Shown: in pieces, positions 30,582-39,460 of the stretch
How positions within the stretch are numbered: the stretch's first letter is position 1
Layout: the number at the start of each line of letters is the position of its first letter
Source of the DNA: Gammaproteobacteria bacterium
Lineage (GTDB): Bacteria; Pseudomonadota; Gammaproteobacteria; Eutrophobiales; Eutrophobiaceae
Length of the DNA stretch: 64,000 nucleotides
Reading direction: 5' to 3'
Assembly (NCBI GenBank): GCA_965215365.1
Contig: CBDCDS010000003.1
Span: forward strand, 480,001-544,000
Translations under genes and position numbers: made by a program
Notes under the pieces: generated by a model
What the model saw: the letters and a program-made list of their open reading frames with translations, nothing else
What the model was told of the DNA's origin: nothing
Database searches by the model: none

Positions 30582-31187
30582 TCAGGCAAGCCGTATCTCC
30601 CCGCAAATGATACGGCTGATGGTTTCCGTGTACAGTTCATGCTCCAGTGCCAGTACGCGCCGCGCCAGCGTCTCCACCGTGTCTGACTTTTTTACCGCCG
30701 TCTTCCGCACTGCCAGCACCGGGCCGTTGTCGTAGATCGCGTCCACCACATGCACGGTGGCACCGGTAGTCCTAGCACCGGCGGCCAGCACCGCCTCGTG
30801 CACGCGCCGGCCGTACATGCCGGGGCCGCCGTAGTCCGGCAACAAGCCGGGATGGATATTGAGCACATGACCGGGGAAGGTTGCCAGCGTGACCGGGCCG
30901 ACCTTTTTCATATAACCCGCCAGCAGCGTCAGGTTGACCCCGTGTTTGAGCAGCACATCGACTATTTCCCGATCCAGATCTTCGGGGTCGGGGTGGGTGC
31001 GCCCGCTCAAGTGATAACAGGGGATGCCTTCATTGCGGGCGCGTTCCAGCGCGCCGGAATCCGCATTGTTGCTGATGACCACAACGGGGCTAGCTGCCAG
31101 CCGGCCGGCGCGACAGGCATCAATAATGGCCTGCATATTACTGCCATTGTGGGAAGCGAGGAAACCCAGGCGCATACTGTCACTCAC
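30582..31187 (-). CDS. purN: Phosphoribosylglycinamide formyltransferase
   Basis: ASHNGSN, LAGYM, LNIHPGLLP, GATVH.V...YDNGP. Confidence 0.93.
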   Translation of the reverse strand: MSDSMRLGFLASHNGSNMQAIIDACRAGRLAASPVVVISNNADSGALERARNEGIPCYHLSGRTHPDPEDLDREIVDVLLKHGVNLTLLAGYMKKVGPVTLATFPGHVLNIHPGLLPDYGGPGMYGRRVHEAVLAAGARTTGATVHVVDAIYDNGPVLAVRKTAVKKSDTVETLARRVLALEHELYTETISRIICGEIRLA

Positions 31188-32320
31188 CCGGCAACGGCAA
31201 ACCCCAGGCCGGACAGTGTCGCCGGCAAGCCCTCATCGGCATCGGGCAACACCAACCGCATATCGGCAAACTCCCGCCGCAACGGATAACCAGCCCGTAA
31301 CGACGTAAAATAATCACTGCGCGCAGCGGCTTCCAGGGTGCTAATTTCCTTGAGGGCCGCGCAATCTGTGCGCACATCGTAACAGGCCAGCGCCGCCGTC
31401 CTGACGGCCTCCATAGGGTTGCTGAATCCGGACAGGTACAACTCTGAGGGTTCCCCCTCGAATCCCATCCCGTCCGTCTTGGCCGGGGTCACGCCGGCCC
31501 AGGCGCAGACCTGTTCATAAACCCTGCGCGTGGCATTGAGTTTGGCCCGGGCGCTGTAACCGGCGATGTGCGGGGTAGCCAGCGCCACCCGCCCGAGCAG
31601 TTCGGGGTTGATATCAGGTTCATTATCCCACACATCCAGCGCCAGCCGGCGGTGCGGGTTACGGGCTGCAAACTCCAACAGTGCGCGCTCGTCCATGACC
31701 GCGCCCCTGGAGGTGTTGACGAGTATAACGTCTGGTTGCAGCCGTTGCAGAAACTCCCGGTCAACCATACCCACAGTGGGATACTCACCGCCCGTGGTCA
31801 GCGGCACCTGCAAGGTGATAATATCCGCAGCCAGTATCGGGTCAAGGTCGCGATAAGGGAAACGGCCGTCGGCGTCCCTGATAAACGGATCATAAACCCG
31901 CGTCGGTATGCCGAGCAGCCGCAACAAGCGTTGTAACTGCCCGCCGACGCAACCGCAACCGATAATGCCCACAGTGCTGTCTGCCAGCTCCGCACCGTCT
32001 TGTTCGGACAACACAAACAGACAGCTCAACACATACTCGGCCACCGCCCGCGCATTGCAGCCTTTGGCGTCAAACCAGGGGATGTTGCGGGCCTCGAGGT
32101 AGTCTGCATCCACATGCTCGACACCACTGGAGGCGCTGGCAACGCAGCCTACACGTGTGTCCTCCAGCAGGTTTTGGTCCACCCGGGTGACTGACCTGAC
32201 TACCAAGCAATCGGCGTCGCGCAGGTCGTCAACCGTAAACCTGTCCGTCAACGCCACCTCACCCAAAGTCGAAAAAAGCCGCCCGGCCCAGGGAATGGCC
32301 TTATCGATAACGATTTTCAT
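31184..32320 (-). CDS. pdxB: Erythronate-4-phosphate dehydrogenase
   Basis: VRSVTRV, GCNARAVAEY, GCGCVG, NTSRG, LDVW..EP, TPHIAGYS. Confidence 0.92.
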   Translation of the reverse strand: MKIVIDKAIPWAGRLFSTLGEVALTDRFTVDDLRDADCLVVRSVTRVDQNLLEDTRVGCVASASSGVEHVDADYLEARNIPWFDAKGCNARAVAEYVLSCLFVLSEQDGAELADSTVGIIGCGCVGGQLQRLLRLLGIPTRVYDPFIRDADGRFPYRDLDPILAADIITLQVPLTTGGEYPTVGMVDREFLQRLQPDVILVNTSRGAVMDERALLEFAARNPHRRLALDVWDNEPDINPELLGRVALATPHIAGYSARAKLNATRRVYEQVCAWAGVTPAKTDGMGFEGEPSELYLSGFSNPMEAVRTAALACYDVRTDCAALKEISTLEAAARSDYFTSLRAGYPLRREFADMRLVLPDADEGLPATLSGLGFAVAG

Positions 32321-32425
32321 CGGCCTCTGTTTCCTCAATGGACCGCCTGATTTTTTTCAGGATATTTCGATCTTTAATTCCCTTCAGGTCACGTTCAAAA
32401 CTCTTGCGGAATACTACTCTCACTC

Positions 32426-32629
32426 TTAACTCTCAAGAGATTCAAACACGGTTTCTCTTGATACGATTTCGGTTTGTTGGCCCGCGCGGACAGCTTCCGC
32501 AAACGCCAGATCTTCCAACACTTCTGCAAGCGCCTCATGCAGTAATGCGCGTTGCTCACGGAACGCTTCGGTCAACGCCTCCTTGAAAAGCCGTTTTAGC
32601 GTAGTTTCACTCAATTCAATCTGTGACAT
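32426..32629 (-). CDS. Small antitoxin-like hypothetical protein
   Basis: 67 aa helical; EVLEDLAFAEAV...VSRETVF resembles orphan antitoxins. Confidence 0.5.
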   Translation of the reverse strand: MSQIELSETTLKRLFKEALTEAFREQRALLHEALAEVLEDLAFAEAVRAGQQTEIVSRETVFESLES

Positions 32630-32659
32630 GACAATTCACCTTGTATCGGCCTGTGCATT

Positions 32660-33568
32660 CTACTCCTCTTTCTCCACCGGCATCAAGTCCTGTCGGCTGA
32701 TGCCCAGCGCCAGAGTCACCGGGCTGGCAACGTAAATGGAGGAATAGGTGCCGATGATAACCCCGAAAATCAGTGCGGTTGAGAACGGGCGGATGAGTTC
32801 GCCCCCCAGGAAGAACAGGGCGGTCAACACCAGCAAGGTGGTCAGGGAGGTGATCAGGGTACGGGTCAGGGTCTGGTTTAACGACGTATTGACCACCTCT
32901 ACCGGCGTGCCCTTGCGCATCCGCTGAAAATTTTCCCTGATGCGATCAAACACCACAATGGTATCGTTGAGCGAATAACCGATGACCGCCAGCAGCGCCG
33001 CCAGCACGGTGAGGTCGAAGTCCAGTTGCAGGACGGAAAAGAAACCGATGGTGATGATAATATCATGCGCCAGCGCCGCGATAGCACCCACGGAGAACCG
33101 GCGCTGGAAGCGGAATGCGACATAAATGAAGATCATGATCAACGCGTAGATCAGTGCCAGGCCGCCGTCTTCCTGCAAGTCTTCACCGACCTGGGGGCCG
33201 ACAAACTCCACGCGCCGGACTTCAACGGTCTGGCCAGACTGTTTCAGCACGTCTATAAGCTCGCCGCTGAGGTCGGCGCTGTTCTTGCCCTCGACTTCGG
33301 CCACCCGGATCAACACGTCTCTGGCAGAACCGAAATACTGGACTGCCGCATCACTGAACTCGGTGGCAGACAGCAGTTCCCGCACCTGTTCCAGTTCCAC
33401 GGTTTGTTGATAACCGACTTCCACCAGCGTGCCGCCGGTGAAATCGATGCCGAAATTCAGCTGTTGTGTGACCAGGGAGAACAGGGAAATGCCAAGCAGC
33501 AGGCCAGAGAAGACGGCGGCCTGCTTGCGCTTGCCCATAAAATTGAAATTGAAGCGTTGGGTTGCCAT
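32660..33568 (-). CDS. secF: Protein translocase subunit SecF
   Basis: GIDFTGG, VEFVGPQVG, GYSLNDTIVVFDRIRE, GTYSS. Confidence 0.96.
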   Translation of the reverse strand: MATQRFNFNFMGKRKQAAVFSGLLLGISLFSLVTQQLNFGIDFTGGTLVEVGYQQTVELEQVRELLSATEFSDAAVQYFGSARDVLIRVAEVEGKNSADLSGELIDVLKQSGQTVEVRRVEFVGPQVGEDLQEDGGLALIYALIMIFIYVAFRFQRRFSVGAIAALAHDIIITIGFFSVLQLDFDLTVLAALLAVIGYSLNDTIVVFDRIRENFQRMRKGTPVEVVNTSLNQTLTRTLITSLTTLLVLTALFFLGGELIRPFSTALIFGVIIGTYSSIYVASPVTLALGISRQDLMPVEKEE

Positions 33569-33571
33569 CGA

Positions 33572-35431
33572 CTAAATCACCAGCTTGCGCAGTTTTCGGC
33601 CACCGTAGATCAGGTTGACGATACTGCGCGTCACCATGATCGCGGTGAACATGGAGCAGACTATCCCCAAGGACAGAGTCACCGCAAATCCCTTGATGGG
33701 CCCGGTGCCGAAACTGAACAACACAATCGCAGCGAACAAGGTGGTGATGTTGGCATCGGCAATGGTGGTAAACGCTTTTTCATAGCCGGCGTGGATGCTG
33801 GCCTGGGGAGAGTTGCCGTTATTTAATTCCTCGCGGATACGCTGAAAAATGAGCACATTGGCGTCCACCGCCATCCCCACGGTGAGCACAATGCCGGCGA
33901 TACCCGGCAGGGTCAAGGTAGCCTGCAGCATGGACAGCAGGGCAATGATCAGCACCAGATTCAAGGCCAGGGCCACATCGGCGGCCAGACCGAAAGCCTT
34001 GTACCAGACCGCCATGAAGATCAGCACTAGGACAAAGCCGATCTGGACCGACAGGAAACCCCTGTCGATATTGTCCTGACCAAGACTCGGCCCCACCGTG
34101 CGCTCCTCGATGATCTCAATGGGCGCGGCCAAGGCGCCGGCCCGCAGCAGCAGGGCCAGATTGCGGGCTTCCTCGGTGGAGTCCAGGCCGGTGATCTGGA
34201 AGCGCTTGCCCAGTTGCTCGCGGATCGTGGCGATATTGATCACTTCCTCTATGGTTTCCCTGCGTTTTTGCAGTTCCCCATCCACTTCGACGGTTTCCGC
34301 CTTGTTTTCAATGAATACCACTGCCATGTTCCGCCCCACTTCCTCCGCGGTGGCATCGCTGAAGCGTTTGGCGCCCTTGCCGTCCAGGGTGATGGAAACG
34401 TTGGGGCTGCCGGAGGTGGCGTCGAAACCGGATGCGGCATCAATGATGTAGTCGCCGGTGAGCATGACCTGCTTCTTCAGCAGCACCGGGTTGCCGCCCC
34501 GGTCGTAATACAGTCGCGCCCCTGCCGGTACCCGGCCGTCCAGGGCATCTTGCGCGGAGTTGTCTTCATCGGTCATGCGAAACTCCAGCGTGGCGGTGGC
34601 GCCAAGGATGGTTTTGGCCCGGGCGGTGTCCTGTACGCCAGGCAACTGCACGACCACCCGTTCCAGTCCCTGTTGCTGGATGATCGGCTCAGCTACCCCC
34701 AGTTCGTTCACCCGCTTGCGCAAGGTGGTGATGTTCTGTTGCAGAGCGAGGCGGCGGGTTTCCTTCACGGCCGCCTCGCTGAGCCGTGCAATGACGGGAA
34801 ATTCGTCACTCTCCGCCGTGGGTTGTTCAAGCTCCAGATCGGGAAAGCCGTCCTCTATCCCGGTGATACCCAACCGCCGCTGTTCGGCATCCCGGAATCT
34901 TATCAACAGACCCTCATCCCGGCGCCGGGTAATGGTTTTGTAACGGATCCGCTCATCCCGCAGCTGCGTCCTGATATCCGAGACATAACGTTCTTCCGCC
35001 TTGGCGACGGCCGCTTCCATATCGACTTCCATCAGGAAATGCACGCCGCCGCGCAAATCCAGGCCCAGGAACATGGGCTCCGCGCGCAGTGCGCGCAACC
35101 ACTCCGGCGTTGCCGGCGCCAGATTCAGGGCCACGGTATAGGAACGTCCCAGCGCTTCCTTCACCACATCCTGGGCCTTGAGCTGGGTTTCTTCATCCTC
35201 GAACCTGACTACCAGATTGCCCTCTGCTACGGTAATATCGCCGTAGCCGATGCCGGCCGTATCCAAGGCGTCTTCCACCGAGTAGCGGGTGATGTCACTG
35301 ACCTCGGCGCCACGCGCCGCGGACACCTGCAAGGCCGGGTCCTTGCCGTAGATATTGGGTAACGCATACAGACCGCCGACCGCCACGATGATCAGGATCA
35401 GCAGGTATTTCCAGAGCGGATAGCGGTTCAT
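33572..35431 (-). CDS. secD: Protein translocase subunit SecD
   Basis: LGLDLRGG, RVNELGVAEP, VGPSLG, GMAVDANV, IKGFA. Confidence 0.96.
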   Translation of the reverse strand: MNRYPLWKYLLILIIVAVGGLYALPNIYGKDPALQVSAARGAEVSDITRYSVEDALDTAGIGYGDITVAEGNLVVRFEDEETQLKAQDVVKEALGRSYTVALNLAPATPEWLRALRAEPMFLGLDLRGGVHFLMEVDMEAAVAKAEERYVSDIRTQLRDERIRYKTITRRRDEGLLIRFRDAEQRRLGITGIEDGFPDLELEQPTAESDEFPVIARLSEAAVKETRRLALQQNITTLRKRVNELGVAEPIIQQQGLERVVVQLPGVQDTARAKTILGATATLEFRMTDEDNSAQDALDGRVPAGARLYYDRGGNPVLLKKQVMLTGDYIIDAASGFDATSGSPNVSITLDGKGAKRFSDATAEEVGRNMAVVFIENKAETVEVDGELQKRRETIEEVINIATIREQLGKRFQITGLDSTEEARNLALLLRAGALAAPIEIIEERTVGPSLGQDNIDRGFLSVQIGFVLVLIFMAVWYKAFGLAADVALALNLVLIIALLSMLQATLTLPGIAGIVLTVGMAVDANVLIFQRIREELNNGNSPQASIHAGYEKAFTTIADANITTLFAAIVLFSFGTGPIKGFAVTLSLGIVCSMFTAIMVTRSIVNLIYGGRKLRKLVI

Positions 35432-35490
35432 AACTTATTGATAGCAGAAATGTTTCATAAGGCAACAAGCGACTTGGCGAGGTATGCGGG

Positions 35491-35817
35491 TTAAAGTGTC
35501 TTTAAGGTCCCTTTGGGCAGAACTGCGGACACAGCCTGCTTTTGCACCTTGACCTCCGTCCCCTGGGCAATTTCTAGGACGATAAAATTATCCCCTACCT
35601 GATTGACCTTCCCCAGCACCCCGCCGTTGGTGGCTACCTCGTCCCCCTTGGCCAGATTGCCGACTAGTTGCCGGTGTTCCTTCGCCTGCTTCATCTGCGG
35701 GCGGATCAGGAAGAAATAGAATATGACAAAGAACAGCACCATCATCACCAGAAACGAACCGCCGCCTCCGGCTCCAGCGCCCTGTGCCCACGCGTCATTG
35801 ATAAAGAAATCGCTCAT
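35491..35817 (-). CDS. yajC: Preprotein translocase subunit YajC
   Basis: FYFFLIRPQ.K, KGDEVATNGG. Confidence 0.95.
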   Translation of the reverse strand: MSDFFINDAWAQGAGAGGGGSFLVMMVLFFVIFYFFLIRPQMKQAKEHRQLVGNLAKGDEVATNGGVLGKVNQVGDNFIVLEIAQGTEVKVQKQAVSAVLPKGTLKTL

Positions 35818-35864
35818 CGTTCCGCTACTTGCCCAAATAGGCGCATTGTATCACAGTCATGAAC

Positions 35865-36272
35865 TTACCCCTCCCGGTGCAGCTGCAACGCCACGGAGTT
35901 GATGCAGTAGCGCAAGCCGGTCGGTCGCGGGCCATCGGCAAATACATGGCCTAAGTGGGCGTCGCAAGCGCTGCACAGCACTTCCGTGCGTGGCCGGCCG
36001 AACAGGCTGTGGTCGGTCTCAGTCCTTACCACAGCGTCGCTTTCCGGTTCGAAAAAGCTGGGCCAACCGCTGCCGGAATCGAACTTGGCTGAGGAGTTGA
36101 ATAAAGGTTGTCCGCAACAGGCGCAACGATACATGCCGGTATCCTTGCAGTGGTTATACTTGCCGGAAAAAGGACGCTCGGTGCCCTTGCGCCGGCACAC
36201 CTCGAACTGCTCCGGCGTCAGTTCCTGCAGCCATTCCTGCTCGGTTTTTGCAATTTTGACTGTCTCGGACAT
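35865..36272 (-). CDS. msrB: Peptide methionine sulfoxide reductase MsrB
   Basis: [36 protein letters not shown]. Confidence 0.96.
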   Translation of the reverse strand: MSETVKIAKTEQEWLQELTPEQFEVCRRKGTERPFSGKYNHCKDTGMYRCACCGQPLFNSSAKFDSGSGWPSFFEPESDAVVRTETDHSLFGRPRTEVLCSACDAHLGHVFADGPRPTGLRYCINSVALQLHREG

Positions 36273-36371
36273 AGTTATACCCCTGTGCAAGCAGACAGGA
36301 TAACGGCATCATGTTACCGGATTTCGGCCTGTGTCGCATCCGCCATGGGATAGATTAATGATCAAACCGAA

Positions 36372-36716
36372 TTACAAGCCCATGACCAGCCTCAGCCCCG
36401 CATCCATCGCTGCAATATTCCGGGCGGATAACATGCCGACTCGCTCGGTCAGGAAGGATTTATCAACGGTGAGCACTTGCGACAGATTGAGCACAGAGTC
36501 TCTCGGCAGTCCGGCTTCGCGCTGTTTTAGTCGCACATTGCCTGGCGCTGCTGCCAAACGCAGATTTGAGGTAATAGTGGCAATGACCACTGTGTTGATG
36601 AGGCTTTCATTAAACTGGTTGCTCTGAACTATTGCAACTGGTCGCCGATAGCCTGGCCCGGCGCCTTGCGGAGTGGGGAGTGAGGCCCACCATACCTCGC
36701 CTCGACGCACTACCAA
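36372..36716 (-). CDS. MazF/PemK-family toxin
   Basis: RRGEVWW, RRPVAIVQ, ITSN, DSV...Q..TVDK. Confidence 0.88.
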   Translation of the reverse strand: MVVRRGEVWWASLPTPQGAGPGYRRPVAIVQSNQFNESLINTVVIATITSNLRLAAAPGNVRLKQREAGLPRDSVLNLSQVLTVDKSFLTERVGMLSARNIAAMDAGLRLVMGL

Positions 36717-36946
36717 TCTTCCTGCGGCAATGATGCCCACTGCATCTCAGCCAAAGTATCATCAACGCGGGAGGTCTCTTTGACATAAACCATATCAAGA
36801 GTATCTCGCACCCTGTCTTGTTTGTGCGCCTCAATGTACTTTTCCAGTGCATGACGAAACAGTTCGCTTCTCGACATATCCAAGCGTTTGGCCAGTGCTT
36901 CGACGCTATCAAATAATGGATCAGGAATGGAAATTGCTGTCTTCAT
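36710..36946 (-). CDS. RHH antitoxin (ChpI/MazE-like)
   Basis: MKTAISIPD.LF...EALAKRL.MSRSELF; overlaps toxin start. Confidence 0.85.
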   Translation of the reverse strand: MKTAISIPDPLFDSVEALAKRLDMSRSELFRHALEKYIEAHKQDRVRDTLDMVYVKETSRVDDTLAEMQWASLPQEDW

Positions 36947-36987
36947 GCATCAAGTATAACCTTAGTTATACTAAATTGTAAAGGTGG

Positions 36988-37109
36988 TGTCCAGGTTCAA
37001 TACATATGAGACTCAGAGGCAGGCTGTGTGAGTTAATCGAAATCACTTTACACACTTCACTACCCGATTTTTTGTCTATTCGAGTCTCACTTGTTGCTGA
37101 ACCCGGACA
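36988..37109 (-). mobile_element. 122-bp MITE derived from the IS481-family element
   Basis: Both IS ends retained (TGTCCAGGTTCAATACATATGAGACTC...GAGTCTCACTTG...TGAACCCGGACA), transposase deleted. Confidence 0.82.
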
Positions 37110-38496
37110 CCGCCATCGTATCTGCAAAGCTCAAGTGTTTGAGCAGGGCGTAATAATTGCGGATATTTTCCACAAACCGCACCGGTTCATCGCCCCTGGC
37201 AAAGCCGAAGCGCGTCTGTGAATACCACTTACGTTGCCTCAACAGCGGCAGGTTCTGTTTCACATCGACCCAGGCATCAGGGTTGCCGCCGTTCTTTTCG
37301 GTAATTGTTCTGGCATCTTCGAGGTGGCCGAAGCCGACATTGTAGGAGGCCAAAGCGAACCAGATGCGTTCCGGTTGCGGTATGCGCGCCGGCATTTTAT
37401 CCATCAGGGTAGCTAAATATCTGGCACCACCGTGGATACTCAGCACCGGGTCGAGACGGTCGCTGATACCAACCTGTTGCGCCGTTTGCAGTGTCAACAT
37501 CATCAGGCCGCGCACGCCGGTGGGTGAACGCGCGTTTTTTTTCCAATGGGACTCCTGATAACTGATGGCAGCCAACAGCCGCCAGTCAAAGCCAAGCTCG
37601 TTCCCCGCGCTCATAAAATAAGGCCTCAGCTCCGGCAATACCTCGTTGTAGCGATCGATGAAACTGCGCGTCTCAACGTAATCCAGCGAGTCCGCAAATT
37701 CATGGTCCTGTTCCAGCAGTACCGCCAGTTGGCCGTTGTCCCTGAGCTGTTGATGAAACTGTCGGATTGCCGTCATAAGCGAGTCGTCACCCGGCGCGCG
37801 TCTGACCGCCCAGCCCAGCGGCTCCGGGGCGCTCAGATTAAAGGCCACCCGCAGTTCCGGCAGGGAGATGCGCGCCCGGGCCACTTCGTGGGAACCCGCT
37901 ACCGCGTAGAGGATTTGACCGTGCTCTACCATTTCCAGCAGGCCGAAGCTGTCCTGCTCCTCATGCACTACCAGTTCTAGGTCCGGGGAATGGGAGCGCA
38001 GGCGTTCCAGATCCCCCGGCAGCAGGGCCTCGCCGGCGAGGTGCAGCTTGTGCGGAGCGACATCATCCAGCCTGGAGGGGCGTATGTAACCGTAACGGTA
38101 CACGACCTGCCAGGTCACCCACTGGAAACCTGGCCCATAAGCCAGCGGATCGCCCGGCGCCAAAGTCCGGTGCAGCCCGGCCGCGGCCAGGTCGGCCTGC
38201 CCGGACAGCAGCAGTTCCGTGACCTGCTTGCTGTCATCGGCCAGATTGAGTTTCAGGTCAACTTCCAGCCAGTCAGCGAACAGACTTGCCAGTTGATATT
38301 CCAGGCCGCGTTGTACGCCGGCGCCATTACGCTCATAAGTCGTCGGACTTACCACAGTGGCAACCTGCAGGGCGCCACGCGCACGGATCAACTCCAGTTG
38401 AGATTTTTCCTCAGCACAGCCCGACAGTAACAGGCAGACGCACAACCCCGGCAGCAACGGGAAGATTTTCGGTAACTGCTGCTTACGAACACGCAA
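37087..38496 (-). CDS. mltF: Membrane-bound lytic murein transglycosylase MltF
   Basis: Periplasmic-binding-like N domain; AAISYQESHW, GVRGLMML, ASYNVG.GH, GFARG.EPV. Confidence 0.9.
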   Translation of the reverse strand: MRVRKQQLPKIFPLLPGLCVCLLLSGCAEEKSQLELIRARGALQVATVVSPTTYERNGAGVQRGLEYQLASLFADWLEVDLKLNLADDSKQVTELLLSGQADLAAAGLHRTLAPGDPLAYGPGFQWVTWQVVYRYGYIRPSRLDDVAPHKLHLAGEALLPGDLERLRSHSPDLELVVHEEQDSFGLLEMVEHGQILYAVAGSHEVARARISLPELRVAFNLSAPEPLGWAVRRAPGDDSLMTAIRQFHQQLRDNGQLAVLLEQDHEFADSLDYVETRSFIDRYNEVLPELRPYFMSAGNELGFDWRLLAAISYQESHWKKNARSPTGVRGLMMLTLQTAQQVGISDRLDPVLSIHGGARYLATLMDKMPARIPQPERIWFALASYNVGFGHLEDARTITEKNGGNPDAWVDVKQNLPLLRQRKWYSQTRFGFARGDEPVRFVENIRNYYALLKHLSFADTMAVSGFSNK

Positions 38497-38523
38497 TAGA
38501 ATTGCATCCGGAAGAAAAGGAAT

Positions 38524-39153
38524 TCAAGAAAGAGCTGGCCTTGTGGAAGAAAAATCTCGCGGCACAAACCCCTCCTCATTAACGATACTGGCACTGTCGC
38601 CGGTGGCGCGGATGGCAAACAAGCCCTGGCGGATGACATTCCGTTGCACGCTCTCATCGGCCTTGAGATACGCCATGGCGCCATGAATGACCTTGCCCTT
38701 GTAGTCCGGGAAACAGGTGGTAAATTCCGTCAGGTCTTCAAGGAAGTCCTTGACCCCCTCCGGGTGCAGCGTGGTTTTGACTTCCACGACCACCACCTGT
38801 TCACCGTTAATCGCCAAGATGTCGTACTCATAGTTTTTGCCGTCATTGAGACGATTGATACGACCGAGGCGGCGGCTTTTGGTCTTTTGCACAGGGATGC
38901 CCCGGTCTTGCAGCATGGCGACCAAGTCGCCTTCCACCAGGCTTTCCATGAACGCCCCCCACTGGTTATCGAACGTGCCTTGCAACTGCTTCATGCGCCG
39001 GTCGGTATGCTTCATCTCCTGGTAAGTTTCCTTCATCTGCCGGTCAGTCTCCTTCATGCGCCGGTCAGTTTCCTTCTGTGCCTCGGCCAATTCCTGCAAG
39101 CTGGCCCAGACCGTTTCAAACGTAGCGGGTTTACGCGGCAATTGTTTTTCCAT
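38524..39153 (-). CDS. Coiled-coil PD-(D/E)XK protein, paralogue 1 (DUF3782-like)
   Basis: KETDRRM heptads then WG...E, EYDIL, VVVEVK motif. Confidence 0.75.
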   Translation of the reverse strand: MEKQLPRKPATFETVWASLQELAEAQKETDRRMKETDRQMKETYQEMKHTDRRMKQLQGTFDNQWGAFMESLVEGDLVAMLQDRGIPVQKTKSRRLGRINRLNDGKNYEYDILAINGEQVVVVEVKTTLHPEGVKDFLEDLTEFTTCFPDYKGKVIHGAMAYLKADESVQRNVIRQGLFAIRATGDSASIVNEEGFVPRDFSSTRPALS

Positions 39154-39263
39154 GACAGATTCCTCCTTATCGGTTTGGTTGATAGTTAACAGCAGCAGCC
39201 GGCCATGGACAGCCGGCTCGTAACAATACTAATGTACACGGGGTGAAAAAGCAAAGGGAAACT
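39154..39263 (-). promoter_or_regulatory. Repeated leader/promoter of the coiled-coil paralogues
   Basis: Near-identical at 46246-46355, 47180-47272, 48191-48296; TTGCTT-N17-TAGTAT, hairpin AGCCGGC-N8-GCCGGCT, AGGAGG RBS. Confidence 0.7.
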
Positions 39264-39460
39264 TCATTTTAGTCTCTTACGCCGCATCGATGAAATCCAG
39301 ACTTTTGAATGCCGGGGTCCCATTATCTTAAGACGATACCAGAAGGGTAAAAACCCGTTTCCTGCGTTTGGCGGATATTGTTATAATTCGGTACCATGCA
39401 ACTTCAATTCCGGTGTGGGAAACAAGGTGCGAATAGTCTTGCCTTCCACCTGCGCATGAT

